DNA from: Rhizophagus irregularis
Taxonomy: Eukaryota
Assembly (NCBI RefSeq): GCF_026210795.1
Contig: NC_089432.1
Coordinates: forward strand, 2,170,001-2,234,000
Direction of reading: 5' to 3'
DNA: 64,000 bases
A model generated the notes under the pieces. It was not told the origin of the DNA and made no database searches. It saw only the letters and a list, made by a program, of their open reading frames with translations. Below are positions 23,003 to 35,979 of this stretch, one piece after another. Numbering within the stretch: the stretch's first letter is position 1; each line of letters starts with the position of its first letter. The translations under genes were made by a program, and so were the position numbers.

Positions 23003-25183
23003 GAAAAATCAAGTTGTTGTAAATATTCTTGTACCTTATTTGCTTCTGGTAAATTGTTAATAATATATTTCAATCCTTCAAAATTAGATTTTTCTATATC
23101 TTCTGTAGAATCCATATCATTTATATTATTCACATCCTCACTTGTAAAAAAATGTCAGTTTTAAACCAACAAATCCGAATATCATGATGTAGCAATATAA
23201 TTAACACTTTAATATTTTTAAAACTTATTCTTAAAAAAACATTACTTGGAAAATCTCATAAATTTTAGGCGTTAAATGTAAATTAAAAATCAAATTTAAC
23301 TTTTCACAATATATTCGCCTATCTTTAAATGTTATAATATCTTACCAAATATGTCATAGTGTATTTATTAAAACTTAATACTTGTAAAATAAAGTTTTGG
23401 AAATTTTGAACAATATTTTAAACGATTTTACAATTTTTTTGCGCTAATAAATCACGTTATAAATGAAGTTAATTGCCAAATCAAATTCTCGCATATACTT
23501 GGACTTAAAGCTATGAATAATCCCTGCATCCATATGCTGAAGATGAGCCGTTGTATTAGGAGGAGAAGAAATAAGCTTAATATTAGTAAGTTTAATATCA
23601 GGCTTTTCTCTGTTAATTTTTTTTGTTTGTTCTCTACGTCTTTTTTTTGCTTTGAAGCTGAATGAGATGATTCAGGTACCACTTCTTCACTAATATTATC
23701 ATCATCTACCTCTTCTTCAGAATCATCAGCTTTCATCAAGTATTTTTGGATTAAAATGAGCGTTATCAATAATCGATCCATTGTGTGAAACCAGGTTGAA
23801 GCCACTCACGTTATCCAGTCGGTACAGTAAGTTGTAGGAAGTGCTGGTTTGTTTAACATTTTAAGACAACGTGGATTAGGTGATTTCCAATCACTAAAGG
23901 GGAACTTAACGAAATGTTTTAATGTTTTTAATGTTTTTTTTAGAGGAGGTTATCAATTTTTTTTTTAAAAGAATTAATGAAACTTTTTAATATAAATAAA
24001 GTTTTTTTTTGGTTTTTTGACGAAAAAAAAATATTATTTTATTTTTATTTTTATTTTTTTTTTTAAAAAAAAAGATTGTCGATATTTTTTTTTAAAAAAA
24101 GGATGACGATATTTTTGTTTAAAAAAAAGTGACAAAATATTCTAAAAAAAAATAAAAAGTTGATGAAAATATTTTTAAGAAAAAAAACGATTTTTTATAA
24201 AAAAAAGGTGACGAAGCAAATTATTATTTTTTTTTAAAAAAATGGAAATAACTTAATTTTTCTCGTCCGGATATTCGGATACTTTACCCGTACTAAAAGT
24301 TTGATTTGGTACCATCAAGAAAAATAAGTCTGTTTCATCCGTTTATAAATATCTTCTCTATCAAAACTTGATAAAAGCCTCTACAATCACGAACATTCTC
24401 CAGGTAAAATGTACAGTAGCTAGCGGGCACTATTTTATATATACCCTCTTGCAACATTATATCACATAAAGGAATGTCAGCAGTTACAGCCTGTCTGAAA
24501 TGTTTGAGTATTGGTAAGGACTTGTAAGCCATTTACTTCGGATTTATGATGCGAATAACCGATTAATATTGTAGACAGGGTATCAGCCTACTTTATATTT
24601 GGATTAGCTCGTATATATCCACATATTTCTTTTTTTTTGCACCAAAGCTAATTGACATTTAATAAAGAAATTGAAAAAAGATAGGTATCTTATAGGAAAC
24701 TCAAATACATTTATTTATTAACAGTTAAGTTACTACATGAATTTCGTTGTTTTAACTAACTTAGATGTAATTCGTGATTTTTACTATTCATATAAATTGA
24801 TATAGTTCAAACTTATCAAATCCAAAAATTTTTGATTATAATTTATCACGCATGATTTTACCGACTATCGTATCATCGTTCTTATTATTCAGAAAAAACC
24901 AGTTACATATTTTATTTCGAGTCCTGGTTAATTTAGTTTCGGACTCGAATTTAACTTGATCTCAGTAATATTTACTAATAAATAATATCGATATACGTGT
25001 ATGTTGAGAAAATATTCTACATTAAGAACCTTTTTTGTGATTATTATATATAATACTTTTTTTATTTTGAAAGTGATTTTGTTCTTAATAAAATTAGTTC
25101 TTTTAGGTTTATTATTCCAAACAAGCCAAAAAAAAAAAAAAACTGAACGAATTCAGTATAATTAGATCTGCGCTTGTTTATAC

Positions 25184-27242
25184 TATGGCAAGCCGTACTA
25201 AGTCAAAAGGTTGATAACTTTTTATCATGTTTTATGATGATTTTTCATCATGTTTCATGATAACTTTTCATCATGTTTCATGATGACTTTTCATCATGTT
25301 TTATGATAACTTTTTATCATGTTGACATGATGACTTTTCATCATGTTGATCATATTTTTCATGATGTTTTTCACCATGTGACATGAAATTTTTTCATCAT
25401 GTGTTGAATAATCTTCATCATGTTTCCTAATATGAAATTTTAACTAACCAAAAATGTCTTGCCAAACTACTGGTTTTTTGATGTTCAGATTTAGAAAATA
25501 AGAATTTTTTTTTTACAAACTTAGAAATTTACCGATTTTCTGGTATTTTGCCATTACACAAATATATATCACATAAAAAATTTTATCACATCACATTAAC
25601 AGTATATGAACAAAAGAAAAATAATTCAATAAAAACAATACATATACATAAATGTAGGTTGTAAAATTTTTCGTATGGGAAGAGTTCGTATGGGATATCT
25701 TTGATAGAAAATATTTTTTTGAGATTTTTTGAGTTCGTATGGGAAGAGTTCGTATGGGACTTTTTAATAAAGATTTTCTTTATGTAGGGTTCGTATGGGA
25801 TATTTTTAATAAAAATTTTTTTTTTTGAGATTTTCTAAGATTCATATAGGATATTTTTAATAAATAAAGATTTTTTTTTTAAGAATTCTATGGGATGATA
25901 GATAAGTTTTTTTTGAAAGATTCTAGGATATTTCTAATAAAAAAATTTTTTTGAGATTTTCTAAGATTCACATAAAATATTTTTGATAATTTTTTTTTTT
26001 GAGAGTTTTTTTTGATAATTCATCAAATAACACCGTGAGAACGTTTTTAATGTATAATTCAATAAAAAAAATGTTGCGAACCAATTTTTTATTGAATTAT
26101 ATATTAAAAAACGTTTTTGCTATGCTTTAAATTAATTATTGAAAAAAACATTGCGAATCTTTTTTTTTATTGAATTAAAACATTATTACAATGCTTTTAA
26201 CAATTATTGAAAAAAACAGTGAACTTTTTTTTATTGAATTATATATTAAAAAACGTTCTCGCAACATTATTTGATGAATTATCAAATTAAAACAATTTCA
26301 AAAAAAAATCTTTATCAAAAATATCCTATATGAATCTTAGAAAATCTCAAAAAAAAAAATTTTTATTTAAAATATCCCATATGAACCCTAGAATCTCTCA
26401 AAAAAATGCTTTTCTATCAAAGACATCCTCCCATATGAACTCTAAGAAAATCTCAAAAAAAAAAATCTTTATCAAAAATATCCTATATGAATCTTAGAAA
26501 ATCTCAAAAAAAAAATTTTTTATTTAAAATATCCTATACGAACTCAAAAAAAAAACTCTTCTATCAAAGATATCCTCTCATATGAACTCTAAGAAAATCT
26601 CAAAAAAAAAAAAAAAAATTTTATTAAAAATATCCCATACGAACCTCACATAAAGAAAATCTTTATTAAAAAGTCCCATACGAATTCTTCCCATACGAAC
26701 TCAAAAAATCTCAAAAAAAATATTTTCTATCAAAGATATCCCATACGAACTCTTCCCATACGAAAAATTTTACAACCTATATTTATGTATATGTATTGTT
26801 TTTATTGAATTATTGTTAACGTGATGTGATAAAATTTTTTATGTGATATATATTTGTGTAATGGCAAAATACCAGAAAATCGGTAAATTTCTAAGTTTGT
26901 AAAAAAAAAATTTCTTATTTTCTAAATCTGAACATCAAAAAACCAGTAGTTTGGCAAGACATTTTTGGTTAGTTAAAATTTCATATTAGGAAACATGATG
27001 AAGATTATTCAACACATGATGAAAAAATTTCATGTCACATGGTGAAAAACATCATAAAATATGATGAAAAATATGATCAACATGATGAAAAGTCGTCATG
27101 TCAACATGATGAAAAGTTATCATAAAACATGATGAAAAGTCATCATGAAACATGATGAAAAGTTATCATGAAACATGATGAAAAATCATCATAAAAACAT
27201 GATGAAAAGTTATCAACCTTTTGACCAGTACGGCTTGCCATA
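25184..27242. mobile_element. Foldback non-autonomous DNA transposon A (IS3EU-like termini)
   Basis: TATGGCAAGCCGTAC...GTACGGCTTGCCATA; 6-bp TSD TTATAC (25178-25183 and 27243-27248); about 0.9-1 kb inverted arms with CATCATG and TTCGTATGGGA sub-repeats. Confidence 0.88.
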
Positions 27243-28295
27243 TTATACCCGCTCGCATGATCCAAAAAAGGAAGGACTAACTAATTTCTATGGCGTACCG
27301 TACAATTCAAAAGCATGTTGTAAAAACAACAAGTCACTTGTTGTAAAACAACATGCCACTTGTTATAAAACAACATGACACTTGTTATAAAACAACAAGT
27401 CACTTGTTGTTTTTCATGTCGATCAACACAACAAGTGACTTGTTATAAAACAAACATGTCTCTTGTTGTTTTTCATGTCGATCATACAATGATTTCCATT
27501 TATAGAAATCAAATCCTTTTGGATTCCATTTATAGCGTCTAACAGATTATCTGGGGGTTAAAACATATCACGACTTTGATAATATCACCTTTTCAAACAC
27601 GAAAAAAAATAACAAAAAAATATTATATATTAAATTTAATAAAAAAAAATATTTAGTAATATGCAAAAAAATCATTGAGAATTTTTTCTTTATAGAAAAT
27701 TCATTAGAGAATTTTTTAATAGGGAAGGTTTTTTTGATAAATTTGGTATAAAATTTTTTAACGGGGAGATTTTTTTTTTTGATAAAGTATTTCATTAAAG
27801 AATTATTTTTTAATAGGAGGGAGCTTTTTTTTGATAAAGAATTTCTTTTGAGAATTTTTTTTAATACTAGGTGAAAATAATTTTTGGTGGAGAGAATAGG
27901 AAAGATTTTTTTTTGATAGATTATTTCGTTAGAAATTTTTTAACGGGTGAGATTTTTTTTTTGATATAAAATTTCGGTAAAGAATTTTTTTCATAAAGAA
28001 AATAATTATTGTTTATTATACTAATAGGAGGGAAGCTTTTTTTGATATGGTAATTCTTTTGAGAATTTTTTTAATAAGAATCTTTTTTAATAGGGAAAAT
28101 GTTTTTTGATGAAGGATTTCTATTAGAAATTTTTCTTTAATAGGGGATATTTTTTTTTTTTTTTTTTTTGATAAGAATTTCATTAGAAAATTTTTCTTTA
28201 ATAGAGGAGTTTCTTTTGGCAATTTTGTTGGTTGAAAGGTTTTTTTATAAGTGAGTCTTTTTTTGATGGAGAATTTCGTTTAAAAAGTCCTTTAA

Positions 28296-29036
28296 TTCGT
28301 AATCCATGTACCAATCGGACCACCCCTTAAATCTGCATTTCCAATATAGGAATATCCACCAATTTTTAATCGAATAAATTGAAATTTTTAATGAAAAAAC
28401 TTTGACATTTGCTTTATTTTATTAAAGTATCAAAAATAACTCTTAAAAAAGTCAAACTTTCACCAATAAACTTTAAATTTCTTCAAATCGTAATTTGTGT
28501 AACCATCGACACAAAACCGAAAATTTTTTTCACTTAATAATTTGAAAATAAATGCTTTAAATATGTTTAGAACTAATATTTTAAGATAAAATTACCATTT
28601 TTAAATTCCTAAAGATTGATTTATAAAAGTTTCATATAGGCATTAAAAATGGGAAAATGGATTATTGTTAGTTAACCTTAAAATAGGAAATATTTTTACA
28701 TTTATTATATCATTTTTTTTTTAATATTCTATTAATATATGTCCAAAGTATATATGTGTGAATTTTGAGACTTCTTGCTAGTACTTTTATTAGAAAAAAA
28801 AATGATAAATAATTTTTACTAAAATTTCGCTAATTGATGATATTTAAAAGCAATTTGCAAAATTTTGAGTTTTGAAATACTTAAATTTATATTTTTACAA
28901 AATAGATTTAATCTCTAAGTTTTTTTTAAAAAAAAAATTTAATTGGTTTGGCTAAAAATTGACCGACTTTACTTTTTTTGGAAGTGGAGATTTGATTTTG
29001 CCGATCACTAGGTCCGATTCATTCGTGGATCGGCAA
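28296..29036. mobile_element. Nested element with TTAA target duplication and degenerate 26-bp TIRs
   Basis: Interrupts the left arm of foldback B relative to its right arm; TTAA at 28292-28295 and 29037-29040; termini match at 18 of 26 positions including AATCGGACC. Confidence 0.6.
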
Positions 29037-29479
29037 TTAATAGAAAATTTTATTGAAAATAATTTTTTTAAATAAATGTATTGAGAATTTTGGTTTGAAA
29101 TTTTTTTTTAATAAAGAATTTCGCTAGAAATTTTTTTTTTATAAAATTTATTGGAAAATTTATTGGGAAATTTTTATTAATGTAATTGATTTAATTTTTT
29201 TTTAATTTTATTCTTAATATATAGTTACAGATTTTTTTTTAAATTTTTATTTTTATTTTTAATTAATATAATTAATAGTATTCTTTTTGATTTATATTAG
29301 CATTTATAAATTTTATCTCTAAACATCGCCTGGGTCTTCGGTCTTCGATCACGTGATAATTTAATATTTTTGATTGGCCAGATTGGCCACATGACGCGTC
29401 ATGTCTTGTTTTCAGTATAGGTTCTTCTTTCAGTCTTAAGGTATTTTTCTTTTCTTTTATTTTCATTTCTAACTTACAT

Positions 29480-29769
29480 TTTTCTTAATATTATTTGTAT
29501 TTGTTTGTTTTTTTTTTATTTTTCATTTAATTTAATAAATAGGATTAAATTTATGTAAATACAACAGTAATAACGTAATATAAGTAACCAAATCATATAA
29601 ATTTCATGATAAACCAGTGATTAATAATTCTGTATCCAGATCATATTTTTAGTGATACAGAATGCATTTTCCGTATCCTTTCAACGGACTATCATTATAC
29701 GTTATTTCTAAGAAAAAAATCTTATAAAGGCTTTATAAAACAATGTAACGTATCCAATTTTTTATAGGG
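29480..29769 (+). mobile_element. Right end of a CMC-type element inside foldback B
   Basis: Homologous to 53150-53453 and ends TTTTATAGGG. Confidence 0.65.
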
Positions 29770-31370
29770 ACATATTTTTTAAAGCTAACTTTATTTTAAA
29801 ATCTTTTTTAATTTATGTTATATCATTTATATGCTTAGAAATTTTTGAAAATATTAAAATAATAATCAAAAAAAAAATAATAATTTTATACATTTATTAA
29901 AATTGTAAAATTTTAAAGAATTTTCCAATAAATTTTATAAAAAAAAAAGATTTCTAACGAAATTCTTACCAAAAAAAAAAATTTCAAACCAAAATACTCA
30001 ATAATTCTCAATACTCTTATTCAAAAAATTATTTCCATAAAATTTTCTATTAAAAGACTTCTAAAAGAATTCTCTATCAAAAAAAGACTCACCTATAAAA
30101 AACTTTTCAACCAACAAAATTATCAAACAAAATTCCTTATTAAAGAAAATTCTCTAATGAAATTCTCTATTAAAGAAAATTTCTAACAAAAATCTTCCAT
30201 CAAAAAACTCATTTTTCCTATTAAAAAAAAACATTCAAAAGAATTTCTATACCAAAAAAAAAACTTCTCACCTATTAAAAAAAAAATATCCCCTGTTAAA
30301 AAATTTACTAATGAAATGGTCTATCAAAAAAATCTTTACTATTAAAAAGAAATTCTACAATGAAATTTCTATCAAAAAAAAAATTCTCAGCGAAATTATT
30401 TATCTCCCTATTAAAGGAATTCTTTAATCAAAAAAAAAATCTCTTCTTTTAAAAAAATTTTCTAACAAATTATCTATCATTCTCTATTAAAAATTCTCCA
30501 ATGAATTTTCTATAAAAAAAAAATTTCAAATACTTATTTATTAAATTTAAATATACAATACTTTTTTGTTATTTTTTCGTGCTTAAAAAGTGATATTATC
30601 AAATTGTGATATGTTTTAAACCCCCGATAATCGGTAAGACGCTATAAATGGAATCCAAAAGGACTTGCTTTCTATAAATGGAAATCATTGTATGATCGAC
30701 ATGAAAAACAACAAGAGACATGTTTGTTTTATAACAAGTCACTTGTTGTGTTGATCGACATGAAAAACAACAAGTGACTTGTTGTTTTATAACAAGTGAC
30801 TTGTTGTTTTATAACAAGTGTCATGTTGTTTTATAACAAGTGACTTGTTGTTTTTACAATAAGTGACTTGTTGTTTTTACAACATGCTTTTGAATTGTAC
30901 GGTACGCCATAAATTTCTGCATTAAATCGAGACAATAATAATACTTTGTAATGAGAAAAAACTATCTATAAATAGTTAATGTTAAGGGGTAATAGTTTGG
31001 ATACCTATTAAGGATCGTATAATAAGAAGCAAACGGATAAAAAATGCATTTCAAAGAACGAATTCATATGTATAAAACAAATTTTTTATGCACCAACAAA
31101 ACAAAAAAAAAATATTATTCATAAGAATCATAATTGGCAAATTTCAATCGAAATAAACGAACATGCATGCATTCTATTTTAGTATTATTGCATTATGGAA
31201 TGATTTTTTTCTTAATGATAATCTTTTAAGGCGGCAAATTAATGATCCTTGAAAAATATAAAAGAAGCGACAATTTTGCTTCACTTCTTTAACCGAGAAG
31301 AAAAAGATAATTTATAACGATAATTATTAATAACAAATTAATTTTTTCAACGAAATTTTTCAAAATCAAA

Positions 31371-32663
31371 ATGATTTCAAGAAAATTGCCCTTTTTGGTT
31401 ACGGTCGCCTTATTTTGTATGATCTTTATAGGATTAACTCAAACCGCCTCATTGAATAAACGTCAAGGCGATATCTGTTTCGCTGACTTTGCTGACGGGG
31501 TTGATGGTTTATATACATTTACTGATTTTGGAGGCCCATTCAAACTTAAGAAAAGATCAATTATGCATCGTGTTAATGGACAATTTACTAAAGGATTCGA
31601 AAAAGATACGGATATCAACAATTATGAATTTTTTATTATGACTAGTGTTCCGAAAGGGTCGAGTCGGGTCGGGTTTGAGGATGTATTCGAACTTGACCCG
31701 AGTATAAAAACCAACCCGTACAAATACCCGGGTTAATATTTACATGACCCGACCTCTGACCCGACCCGATATAGTTTAACCCCCGGATAACCCGGGTCCA
31801 AATAAAATTTTCAGATATTTTATAATTTTTTAAATCCTCCTTACGCCCAGCCTGATTTCAAACATATACACGCGTGATTTGTATTTGGTTTTAGATTGCA
31901 TCTTTTGGCCGGTTCCTCCAGAAAAAATCTTCAACTGTAACACTTTCAATTACAGGTAAAAAAAAATTTAACCAATTTTAATATTATTCAATGATTACAA
32001 TATAATCTCTTACCATTGCTGCTAGGTGTGAAACTGTGAATACTTTACTATATTTAACTAGTATATTTTCATAACAATTAATAAAATCTAATAAAATAGA
32101 CTAGTTATTATTAAACATATATCTTCCATCATAGTAGAACATCTTGATTTCGATCTGCTCAAGTGTTATAGACTTCTTAAATAAGTTCGCTTTCCAAGAG
32201 TTAATTTCTCAGCTTCACTCATTTTATACACAAACAAAGTTAGAAATTAAAAATCGTGTAATGTAAACGTTTATAAATATTTTAAATATAAATATTTGAT
32301 TAAACCCGGGTCAACCCAGGTCAACCCGGGTCAAGCAAAGGTGTGACCCTGACCCGACGAGTCGGGTTGAATATAAGACTCGTGTCAAATAATGATAAAC
32401 CCGATTCGGATTTTAAACACGGGTCGGGTCAAATGACCCGGGTTTGACCCGACCCTTTCGGAACACTAATTATGACAAAGGAAGGAAGGAAGGTTGATTT
32501 TACCGAAGACTTTAAAGAAAATGTCAAAATTTTCCCAGCTGGTGGTACTACACCTTTTCAAAAAGTTTATAAAGATGATCATTCTGTTAATAACCTCATT
32601 GGTGGTAAATTTGTTGTTAATCATAATGGAAAGAAACTTGCTAGTACTATAGTACACTTTTAA
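31371..32663 (+). pseudogene. Small secreted protein gene (152 aa when restored) disrupted by a hAT MITE
   Basis: Signal peptide plus LNKR Kex2-like site; removing the insert and one TSD restores ...YEFFIMTKEGRKVDF...STIVHF* in frame (459 nt). Confidence 0.88.
31643..32468. mobile_element. Non-autonomous hAT element, 826 bp
   Basis: TAGTGTTCCGAAAGGGTCG...CGACCCTTTCGGAACACTA TIRs; 8-bp TSD ATTATGAC (31635-31642 and 32469-32476); subterminal GACCCG motifs. Confidence 0.93.
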
Positions 32664-34488
32664 TTAATTAGGATTCGCAAATTATTTAAAAATATTATGT
32701 ATAATGCGCACTATATGTAGTTTCTTTTAATAAATGTCTAAATAAAACGTGATATCGTCATCATAAAACGTTCATTTTGTTGCTTTTTTATATTAAAAAT
32801 TTATATTATCATAATGCACATAATGCGAATAGTAAATAGTATAAATTATAAAAGTTATATAATTATTATAATAAAGTTTATATTTGAGAATTTTGTGAGT
32901 GATTACTGATTAATTATCAGAAAAAAAATTATCAAAGCTTAAATAATTCTTCGGAATTTCTTAATTTATTACAATATAATAATTTTTTTTGTGCGTGCAT
33001 GTGTGATGTATGACAATTTATTTGTTCTTCCGAATTTTATGCCCCAGTTTTTAAGTTTATTGTTTTGGATATTTAAATTATTCGTGAATAAAATTCCCCC
33101 TAATTTAATTTTCCATAATAATGTGTTGTAATAATCAAATTTATTTGAACTAAACGGCAGCGGCAAAATCCAAAAAAAAATACGGTTTTTTATATGTGTG
33201 TAACCAGTTTTTTACAAAAAATAGATTTGCTAAATTCGAATCGGCACAAAACACGTGATTATTCAGATTTCTACATGATCACATTCTTTTACATAAGTTG
33301 TATGCACATTTTCATTAAAAATACAATTTGTACATTATTTATATGATCGAATAAATTCAATAAGTCCCATAATATTATTATAATATAATTTTTATAAAAC
33401 TAAAACATAATAAAATCTTTTCTCGGTCTTTACAAAATGTTAAAAGAACGATCAAACGTTTTACTTATTACAGTTCCCTTATTACATGAACAGTTTATCG
33501 ATTTTTTTGATTTTGATTTCGTAAATTTTTTACGAATAATCAAAAAAATAGATTTAAAAAATGACAAAATATATAGTATTTAATTTATATTCGTAATTAA
33601 ATAATGATTAAATGATGAAATAATGATTAAAAAAAGAAGACCGGGATTGCAAGATCTACATGATTGTTTTGACCCATTCTCAGACCTTTTATGTATGTTT
33701 CGGGGTCTTGATATATAATAATTTTTCAGAATTCCGAATGTATCTGAAAATTTCATATATGCGAAAAAAAACTATCCTTTAATATTACTGCTTTAAATGC
33801 TTCGTAAATAGCGAAAAAAATTGTCTTTTTTATACATATAACAATAATGATTTAACATCTGTATTTTTGCTAAGCGAATAATATAATAAATTTAGTTTTC
33901 ATTTTAAAAAGTTTAATACTGATATGCCAATAGAATAAATTATCGTTAAATTACTTAATATATTGAAACTTATTATAAAAAAGTTTATTAAAAAAGATGT
34001 TAATTTAAAAATTTTAAAATAATTTGATATAAATTTTATATAAGAGAAACATTACTATGCCACGTACAGTATATAAATAATGTAAGCTTATACTTTTTGT
34101 CTAAGTTGTTTCTTAACCTTTCAAGAAGGCTGATTAATCTGATTGATTAAGTTATAGAATCATAATAAATTGCGAGTGGCTTAGTTTTATACAACTTGCA
34201 GTAGCTAACGTGGCAATCTTCAAAAGAATTTGGCTTAGTAAAGAAATTATGCCACGTGTATAGTGGCTTATTCACGGGTTTTTAAGTTTATTTGATTATG
34301 ATCTAATTATTAAATTATGTAAACCACAATATTCGTTGAATAATAAAAAGCGTTATAATCACTTGGTGTTAGGACGTAGTAAAATATTCTAAATCTTTCA
34401 TATTTCAATAAAAACAAATTGAATAAATCGAAATATAGTAATCCTTTACAATATCCCAGACTTTTTAAAAAAAAGTAATTGAAAAAAA

Positions 34489-34740
34489 ATGAATATCAAA
34501 GCTCTTTTTACTAGTATTTTCGTGATCGCAATCATTTCAGCCCTAGCGTCGGTTCCTAAAGGTAAATAATTAAATAAAGCTTATTATTTTATCACTGTTT
34601 AATTTTTTTTTTTAAAAAATAAATTTATTTTTCAAGCTGAATAAGCTGAATATTATTATTGTCTTCCTGAATGTTTTCACACCGTTTCCAAAGGTGCATT
34701 TGTTAATGAATTAGATTATCACAAAATTTTTGGTAATTAA
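34489..34740 (+). CDS. Putative two-exon small secreted peptide (55 aa), possibly inactivated
   Basis: Exon 1 34489-34561 encodes MNIKALFTSIFVIAIISALASVPK with a GTAAAT donor. The acceptor at 34645 gives AEYYYCLPECFHTVSKGAFVNELDYHKIFGN*; the acceptor at 34636 gives an immediate stop. Confidence 0.55.
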
Positions 34741-35979
34741 TAAAAAATATCAGTAGCTATATTTTATTATTTTCGTTTTACAATTATATGTACTGTATAT
34801 ATACAGTATGTACAAATATAAATTTACATATTTTTTAACTATTATGATTTCAACTGACTTTGAATCACGAAACTATTATTAACTGTTAATTAATAAAAAT
34901 TATTTAATTTTATTGATTATTTCATGTTAACGAAAGCAGAAAGGAAATTTTAACTTTCTTATATTTCTAGATTCATATTCACTGTTTCAGTGGCTTTAAG
35001 CAAATTATCCATCCCTATTATAAAAAGAGCTTCTATCTAAATTCTATTTCCAGAAATTTCCAAAATCTTTCAGTTATTTTCCATTTTTTTTATAACATGA
35101 TCAACAAAGTTATTCAAACGAACTTCATATTTTCTAGTATCATATCTTTATTTAAATGTTGAATCCTCTGAATATATATAACGTAAAGCAGTTACAATTC
35201 ATTTCGTTGTTTAAAATTTATAATGAAATAAAAAAAAAAAGTTATCAATTACTACCTGTGAGAAAATACATGATGAATTATATTTACTTATGGAGCGGAA
35301 GCAAAAATATCTTTTATTTCGCATACTTTATTTTGCGAACAAGATTTGATTTAATTTGATAAACAGAAATTCATATTTATTTAAAAAAGAACTATAGAAT
35401 AAGTCGATAAAGTAGGTTATCGCGATAATTGTTTTTGGGCCCAAAATCTAAAGTATCTAACTCAAGCGGTAGTTATATAATGAAATTACAACGTGTTACG
35501 AGCGATAAAACTCAGATTTGCGATTTCATTAGATGGCGTCACGTGAGGAACAGAGAAACTCACGGGATCGATCATTTTTCAGACATATATTGTCCTTCGC
35601 TTCGCTAATAGTTTTTAATTATTTAATTTAATAATTTGACTTATATTTTGTTTCTTTTTATTTTATTAAAACAGAGTTACACTGAAAATTTTATTTGACT
35701 TCAGTTATACTGTATTTTAAGAAAATTTAATTGTAAAAAGAATCATTCATATACAAAATTAAAGCAATAAATGGAATTACGCTTTTTACAATTTTGGCGG
35801 AAAATTGATTTTTCTACGTTAATTTAATTAATTTGTAACTGTTTTCTAAAGGATCATGAGCAACATATAAAAATTTTTATAAAGAAAATAGTTCATTTAT
35901 TGTGAAGGAATAAGTTGTCGGGAACGGATATAATTTCTATTGTTATAAATATCAATTTATTTAATTACTATACTATTTA

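Larger units (their letters stand above)
27289..30911. mobile_element. Foldback non-autonomous DNA transposon B (IS3EU-like termini) with nested insertions
   Basis: TATGGCGTACCGTAC...GTACGGTACGCCATA; 6-bp TSD AATTTC (27283-27288 and 30912-30917); long arms with about 21-bp AACAACAAGTCACTTGTT sub-repeats. Confidence 0.88.

Noticed and set aside
23452..24532. Minus-strand ORF fragments of 117 and 65 aa
   Set aside because: Probably decayed gene or TE remnants; no recognisable motif to support a call.
27300..27480. CRISPR-like or iteron repeats
   Set aside because: No unique spacers; these are sub-repeats of the foldback TIR, mirrored at 30700-30900.
27175..28222. Short ORFs in foldback arms
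   Set aside because: Low-complexity repeat translations, some spanning element boundaries.
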